From an uncultured Nitrososphaerota archaeon (GTDB lineage: Archaea > Thermoproteota > Methanomethylicia > Culexarchaeales > Culexmicrobiaceae): 64,000 nt of DNA. Both the position numbers and the translations under genes were made by a program. Where the stretch lies: the NCBI GenBank assembly GCA_964462875.1, contig CAYWZQ010000001.1, positions 132,910 to 196,909 of the forward strand, in the 5' to 3' direction. Under the pieces are notes generated by a model that was not told the origin of the DNA, searched no databases, and saw only the letters and a program-made list of their open reading frames with translations. This document shows positions 59,589-64,000 of this stretch, one piece after another. How positions within the stretch are numbered: position 1 is the first letter of the stretch; the number at the start of each line of letters is the position of its first letter.

Positions 59589-60217
59589 ACTTGAGTAGTG
59601 CTTCAAGCTATGAAATTGAGGAGTGGATTCCCAGAACGACTCTCGGTAGGCTAGTTAAGGAGGGGAAGATAACATCAATCTATCAAATATATGCAGCAAA
59701 CATGCCAATAATGGAGCCGCAAATAATTGATGTACTAGTTCCAGACCTCAAGCACGAAATACTTGACATAAGCATAGTGCAAAAGCAAACCGATGCCGGT
59801 GAAATGAGTAGGTTTAAGGTTGCAGTCGTCGTTGGGAATGAAGATGGGTTGGTTGGAATTGGAACTGCAAAAGCTAGGCAGCTTAGATTCGCCATAAATA
59901 AGGCCATAGAGAATGCCAAGCTCAACGTAATTCCCGTAAGAAGAGGATGCGGTAGCTGGGAGTGTTCGTGCAATAGGCCCCACAGCGTACCATTTAGAGT
60001 TACAGGTAAAAGTGGGAGTGTCGAAATAACACTTATACCTGCCCCCAGGGGTGTAGGGCTCGTAGCAGGAGATACTGCTAAGCTAGTATTGAAAATGGCT
60101 GGAATACAAGATGTGTGGACTAGAACAAAGGGCGAAACAAGAACAACTCTAAACTTTGCCAAGGCAACTTATGAAGCATTAAAGAAAACCTACAAGTTCA
60201 AGCTAATAGGAGTTTGA
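59585..60217 (+). CDS. rps5: 30S ribosomal protein uS5
   Basis: [17 protein letters not shown] and PAPRGVG motifs. Confidence 0.97.
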   Translation: MNLSSASSYEIEEWIPRTTLGRLVKEGKITSIYQIYAANMPIMEPQIIDVLVPDLKHEILDISIVQKQTDAGEMSRFKVAVVVGNEDGLVGIGTAKARQLRFAINKAIENAKLNVIPVRRGCGSWECSCNRPHSVPFRVTGKSGSVEITLIPAPRGVGLVAGDTAKLVLKMAGIQDVWTRTKGETRTTLNFAKATYEALKKTYKFKLIGV

Positions 60218-60696
60218 TGAAATTGCCGAGGCTAATGGCAGTCATTAGAATTAGAGGAAGAGTTGGTGTTAGAAGAGAAGCAAAAGACACCCTAAAAATG
60301 CTCAGATTACATAGAAAACACCATGCAGTAATAATTGATGATAGACCAAGCTACAAGGGTATGCTAAAGAAAGTAGCAGACTACGTTACTTGGGGAGAAA
60401 TAACTCCTGAAACATTGGCATTACTCCTAAGAAAAAGGGGTGAACTTTCGGGAGGTAAAAAGCTCACAGATGAATATGTCAAGGAGAAACTGGGATTAAG
60501 CGGAATTAATGAACTTGCAAAGGCAATATTTGAAGGAAAACTAACTCTAAAAGATGTACCAGGCCTAAAACCAGTATTCAGACTTCACCCACCAAAAGGT
60601 GGATTTAAGGGAAGCACAAAAAAGCACTATAAGGCCGGTGGAGAACTAGGCTATAGGGGAATAGCCATAAATGATTTAATTAAGAGAATGTGCTAA
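60214..60696 (+). CDS. rpl30: 50S ribosomal protein uL30
   Basis: VIRIRG, TWGE, FRLHPP and GYRG motifs. Confidence 0.96.
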   Translation: MMKLPRLMAVIRIRGRVGVRREAKDTLKMLRLHRKHHAVIIDDRPSYKGMLKKVADYVTWGEITPETLALLLRKRGELSGGKKLTDEYVKEKLGLSGINELAKAIFEGKLTLKDVPGLKPVFRLHPPKGGFKGSTKKHYKAGGELGYRGIAINDLIKRMC

Positions 60697-60921
60697 AACG
60701 CTTAAACCGAGCACTCAAATAAATTTCTCCTAAACTTCTCACCTTAAAGATCAGTTGAGCACTTAAAATTAATTTTCCAAATTCATCACGGAGCCGCGAA
60801 CCCGAAAAACTAATTCATGGGGAGGCAGAAAATTGATAGCAAGATTTAAGAATGACGTTTTAGAGGTGAAATTAAGAAGTTGAAGTGAGCTGACAGGGAG
60901 AAGTATTGGGAGTGAAAACTC

Positions 60922-61362
60922 ATGGTCGTTAGGAGGAGGAAGAAAATTAGGAAGTATAGGGGGAGCAGAACCTGCGGATGGGGAAGAACTGGACAGCATA
61001 GGGGTAGGGGGTTAAAGGGAGGATTTGGAAAAGCAGGTAGGCATAAGCACCTGTGGACATGGGTTGTAAAATATGCACCAGACTACTTCGGCAAGCATGG
61101 ATTTAAAACTCCACCAAGCATTAAACCGCAAATTAAACCCATAAACGTCGGCCAACTAGATGAACTGGCAGGTGAACTTGCTTCAAAAGGTTTAGCTAAA
61201 ATTGAGGAGGGAAAGATAGTAATAGATGTCTTAAAGCTCGGCTATAATAGAGTACTTGGATCGGGTAAAGTGACTAAGCCCCTAAAAATCATTGCACCAT
61301 ATATTTCAAAGAAAGCTGAAGCCAAAATAGTTCAGGCCGGAGGAGAAGTAATAAAATTATAG
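60922..61362 (+). CDS. rpl15: 50S ribosomal protein uL15
   Basis: RGSRTCGWG, GG.GKAG and FGKHGF motifs. Confidence 0.96.
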   Translation: MVVRRRKKIRKYRGSRTCGWGRTGQHRGRGLKGGFGKAGRHKHLWTWVVKYAPDYFGKHGFKTPPSIKPQIKPINVGQLDELAGELASKGLAKIEEGKIVIDVLKLGYNRVLGSGKVTKPLKIIAPYISKKAEAKIVQAGGEVIKL

Positions 61363-61401
61363 GATTCACGGCCAATATTTACTTGGTCAACATAAAGCCT
61401 A

Positions 61402-62826
61402 GTGGAGAGGACAACATTGAGGTTGCTAGATGCATTAGAGCCAATAATTAGAGTACTACCAGAAGTTTCCAGGCCGGAGAGAAAGCTTACATTAAGAGAA
61501 AGAATGATTTGGACAGCTGTAGTTCTAACGATATATCTTGTCATGAGTGAAATCCCGCTTTACGGGATAACGAGAGGTGTTGGATATGACCCATTCCTTT
61601 ACATGAGAATACTTTTCGCGGCAAAAAGAGGAACATTAATGGAGCTTGGCATAGGCCCAATAGTTACTGCAGGCCTCATAATGCAGCTACTTGTGGGCTC
61701 CAGGATCCTGGAGCTAGACTTCAATGATCCAAGAGATAGGGCACTCTTCACAGGAGCACAAAAGCTAATGGCACTAATTTGGGGTGGAATTCAGTCAATA
61801 GCCTACATTTTAGGTGGAGCATTTGGCCCACTACCTTTAGATGCAGCACTCCTAGTTTTCGTGCAGCTAATGATAGCCACGCTAATAGTCATGTTACTAG
61901 ACGAAATGGTGCAAAAGGGCTGGGGTTTAGGAAGTGGAGTAAGCCTATTCATAGCAGTAGGTATTGCTCAACAAATTATTTGGCAATCATTCTCACCACT
62001 TCTAGCTAGGGATGGAAAGTATCTTGGAGCAGTGCTCGCATTCATTCAATCACTAGTGAGCGGTGAAGAACTCATTAAAGCGCTAATTAGAACTGGAAAT
62101 CTACCGAGCATGGCCGGACTACTTACAACACTAGCAATATTCATATTGGTAATATACTTGGAGGGCATGAGGATAGAGGTCCCAGTAGCATTTGCAAAGT
62201 ATCGCGGAATAAGAGCTAAAATACCCTTAAAATTCCTCTATGTATCAAATATACCGATAATATTCACTTCAATGCTATTCGTCGACATAAAAATAATATC
62301 GCTACTACTATGGAGGCAGTTTAACCCGGAAAACGCAAATATGCTCTTAAACTGGCTTGGAATGTTCAATGCATCAGACAATAGCCCTATAGGTGGACTA
62401 GCATACTACGTAACGCCTCCAATTGGATTAGCTTCAGCAATGAGAGACCCCCTCCACTCACTAATATACAGCTTACTAGTACTACTTTCATCGGTGTTCT
62501 TCGCAGTAATATGGGTTGAAGCTGCAGGATTAAGCGCTAGAGATCAGGCACAACAGCTCGTTAGAGCGGGACTTCAAATTCCAGGATTCAGGAGCTCCCC
62601 GAGGATCATTGAGAGATTACTCGACAGATATATTCCAGTACTGACCGTGCTGAGCGGTGTAATTGTAGCGTTAATTGCGGCTATAGCAGATGTAGTTGGA
62701 GCACTGGGATCAGGTATGGGAGTGCTCCTAATGGTTGGAATAATCTACCAGTACTGGAGCATATTAACGCAAGAGCAAATAGAGGAATTATACCCAATGG
62801 TTAGAAGGATAATGGGCGAGAGGTGA
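61402..62826 (+). CDS. secY: Preprotein translocase SecY/Sec61 alpha
   Basis: GTLMELGIGPIVTA, GSGVSLFI, YVSNIP and IPGFR motifs. Confidence 0.97.
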   Translation: MERTTLRLLDALEPIIRVLPEVSRPERKLTLRERMIWTAVVLTIYLVMSEIPLYGITRGVGYDPFLYMRILFAAKRGTLMELGIGPIVTAGLIMQLLVGSRILELDFNDPRDRALFTGAQKLMALIWGGIQSIAYILGGAFGPLPLDAALLVFVQLMIATLIVMLLDEMVQKGWGLGSGVSLFIAVGIAQQIIWQSFSPLLARDGKYLGAVLAFIQSLVSGEELIKALIRTGNLPSMAGLLTTLAIFILVIYLEGMRIEVPVAFAKYRGIRAKIPLKFLYVSNIPIIFTSMLFVDIKIISLLLWRQFNPENANMLLNWLGMFNASDNSPIGGLAYYVTPPIGLASAMRDPLHSLIYSLLVLLSSVFFAVIWVEAAGLSARDQAQQLVRAGLQIPGFRSSPRIIERLLDRYIPVLTVLSGVIVALIAAIADVVGALGSGMGVLLMVGIIYQYWSILTQEQIEELYPMVRRIMGER

Positions 62827-62897
62827 ACAATATTTTTATCCAAAAACTACTTAATAGATGAGCTAACTAAACATGCAAGGCATGCGAGCGTGAAGAC

Positions 62898-63395
62898 ATG
62901 TTCGAGGGAGTAGTTGATTGGCTTAAGAATCTTCTAGGACCATTCAGATATCCACCTCTATCCACCATATCAGTCCTAATAATAAGCATAGCTGTTGGAT
63001 TAATTACAATAGCAGTGAACTACCTATTATTAGACGTTGAGAAGCTGAAGAACTATGCAGCTGAAATATCTGAGTGGAAGAGGGAGATGAGACAAGCCCT
63101 AGCTAGCGGAGACAGAAAGAAGCTCGTGAAGTTGAGAAAGAGAGAACCATATATAAGGAAAATTGAGACAGAACTCATGGCTGAGAGATTTAAGCCCTCA
63201 CTCATATACATGATCCCACTATGGATATTCTTCATAATATTTGCAGGAGTATTCTCAACAGAAGTTGGATATGTAGCCAAGCTACCCTTCTCACTCCCAT
63301 TCGTAGGAGATAGGGCGAGCTTCGTTACTTGGTACATTATATGTTCAATTCTCACGCTTCCAATAATGCAGAAAATATTTAAGCTCACATTCTGA
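62898..63395 (+). CDS. DUF106 / EMC3-TMCO1 (Oxa1 superfamily) membrane protein
   Basis: TM, coiled coil, FKP...WYIICS; conserved position before eL34. Confidence 0.85.
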   Translation: MFEGVVDWLKNLLGPFRYPPLSTISVLIISIAVGLITIAVNYLLLDVEKLKNYAAEISEWKREMRQALASGDRKKLVKLRKREPYIRKIETELMAERFKPSLIYMIPLWIFFIIFAGVFSTEVGYVAKLPFSLPFVGDRASFVTWYIICSILTLPIMQKIFKLTF

Positions 63396-63407
63396 AGGTG
63401 AGATAAC

Positions 63408-63695
63408 ATGCCGAGGCCAGCTCATAGATCGAGAAGCTTGAGGAGAAGGTATGTCAGGACTCCAGGTGGAAGAGTAGTAATACATTACTTCAAGAAGAGG
63501 CCAAATCCAGCTAGATGCGCACTATGTAAGAGAGAACTTCATGGAGTGCCCAGACTCAGACCATCAAAGCTCAGGCAACTACCCAAAAGCTTGAGAAGAC
63601 CAACAAGACCATTCGGCGGAAACCTCTGCCCAAAATGCCTTGAAAAGCTACTTAAGAAAGCTGTTAGGGAGGCTATAGTTCAAGTTGAAGCGTAA
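63408..63695 (+). CDS. rpl34e: 50S ribosomal protein eL34
   Basis: RTPGG, CALC and RPFGGNLCPKC motifs. Confidence 0.96.
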   Translation: MPRPAHRSRSLRRRYVRTPGGRVVIHYFKKRPNPARCALCKRELHGVPRLRPSKLRQLPKSLRRPTRPFGGNLCPKCLEKLLKKAVREAIVQVEA

Positions 63696-64000
63696 ACCCG
63701 TCATAACAGTTAGTGGGCCACCTGGCTCCGGAAAAACAACATATGCAAAGAAAATAGCTGAAGTATTTGGCTTGAGATACTTTTCAACTGGAAGGTACTT
63801 TAGAGAGCTTGCAATTAAGCAGGGAATGTCACTTAAAAAATTCCACTTGAAAGCCGAGAAGGACAGCAAAATAGACTATGAAGTTGATAGAAAAGCCCTT
63901 GAAGAGGCTAAGAAGGGGGGAGTAGTCCTAGACGGACACTTAACAGGATGGACAGCTAAGGACTATGCAGATATAAAAATATATTTGACCGCCCCACTTC
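63685..64000 (+). CDS. cmk: Cytidylate kinase (archaeal type), 3'-truncated by the window edge
   Basis: TTG start; MKRKPVITVSGPPGSGKTTYA, FRELA and IDYEVD; position after eL34. Confidence 0.9.
   Translation, partial: MKRKPVITVSGPPGSGKTTYAKKIAEVFGLRYFSTGRYFRELAIKQGMSLKKFHLKAEKDSKIDYEVDRKALEEAKKGGVVLDGHLTGWTAKDYADIKIYLTAPL

Overview
This is a segment of an archaeal chromosome. Crenarchaeal-type PolB1, eL13, an HMf-type histone, class I LysRS and intron-containing tRNAs point to a Thermoproteota/TACK lineage (inference). From left to right it carries: the 3' part of lysS; endonuclease IV with a four-gene pilin-like cluster facing away from a PibD prepilin peptidase; small RNA- and Zn-binding proteins; PolB1; tRNA-Arg(CCG) followed by a ~7 kb decaying accessory island (toxin-antitoxin remnants, an HTH/integrase-like remnant, a RAMP-like remnant, and an intact RHH + AAA ATPase pair under a helically phased GTAC array); a SipW/TasA-like (archaeal bundling pilus type) fibre operon with two wHTH regulators and a structured leader; central metabolism and translation genes (argS, htpX, tpiA, FBP aldolase/phosphatase, ABCE1, IorAB, ACD, SAMP); two more tRNAs with introns; a GPN-GTPase pseudogene; and the uL22-to-cmk ribosomal protein cluster. 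Four C/D-box sRNA candidates and several small ORFs missing from the ORF track were read directly from the sequence. The strongest novelty candidates are the regulated SipW/TasA-like fibre locus (19.5-24.9 kb) and the RHH/ATPase phased array (14.6-16.5 kb). All family calls rest on motif recognition by eye; no database searches were run.
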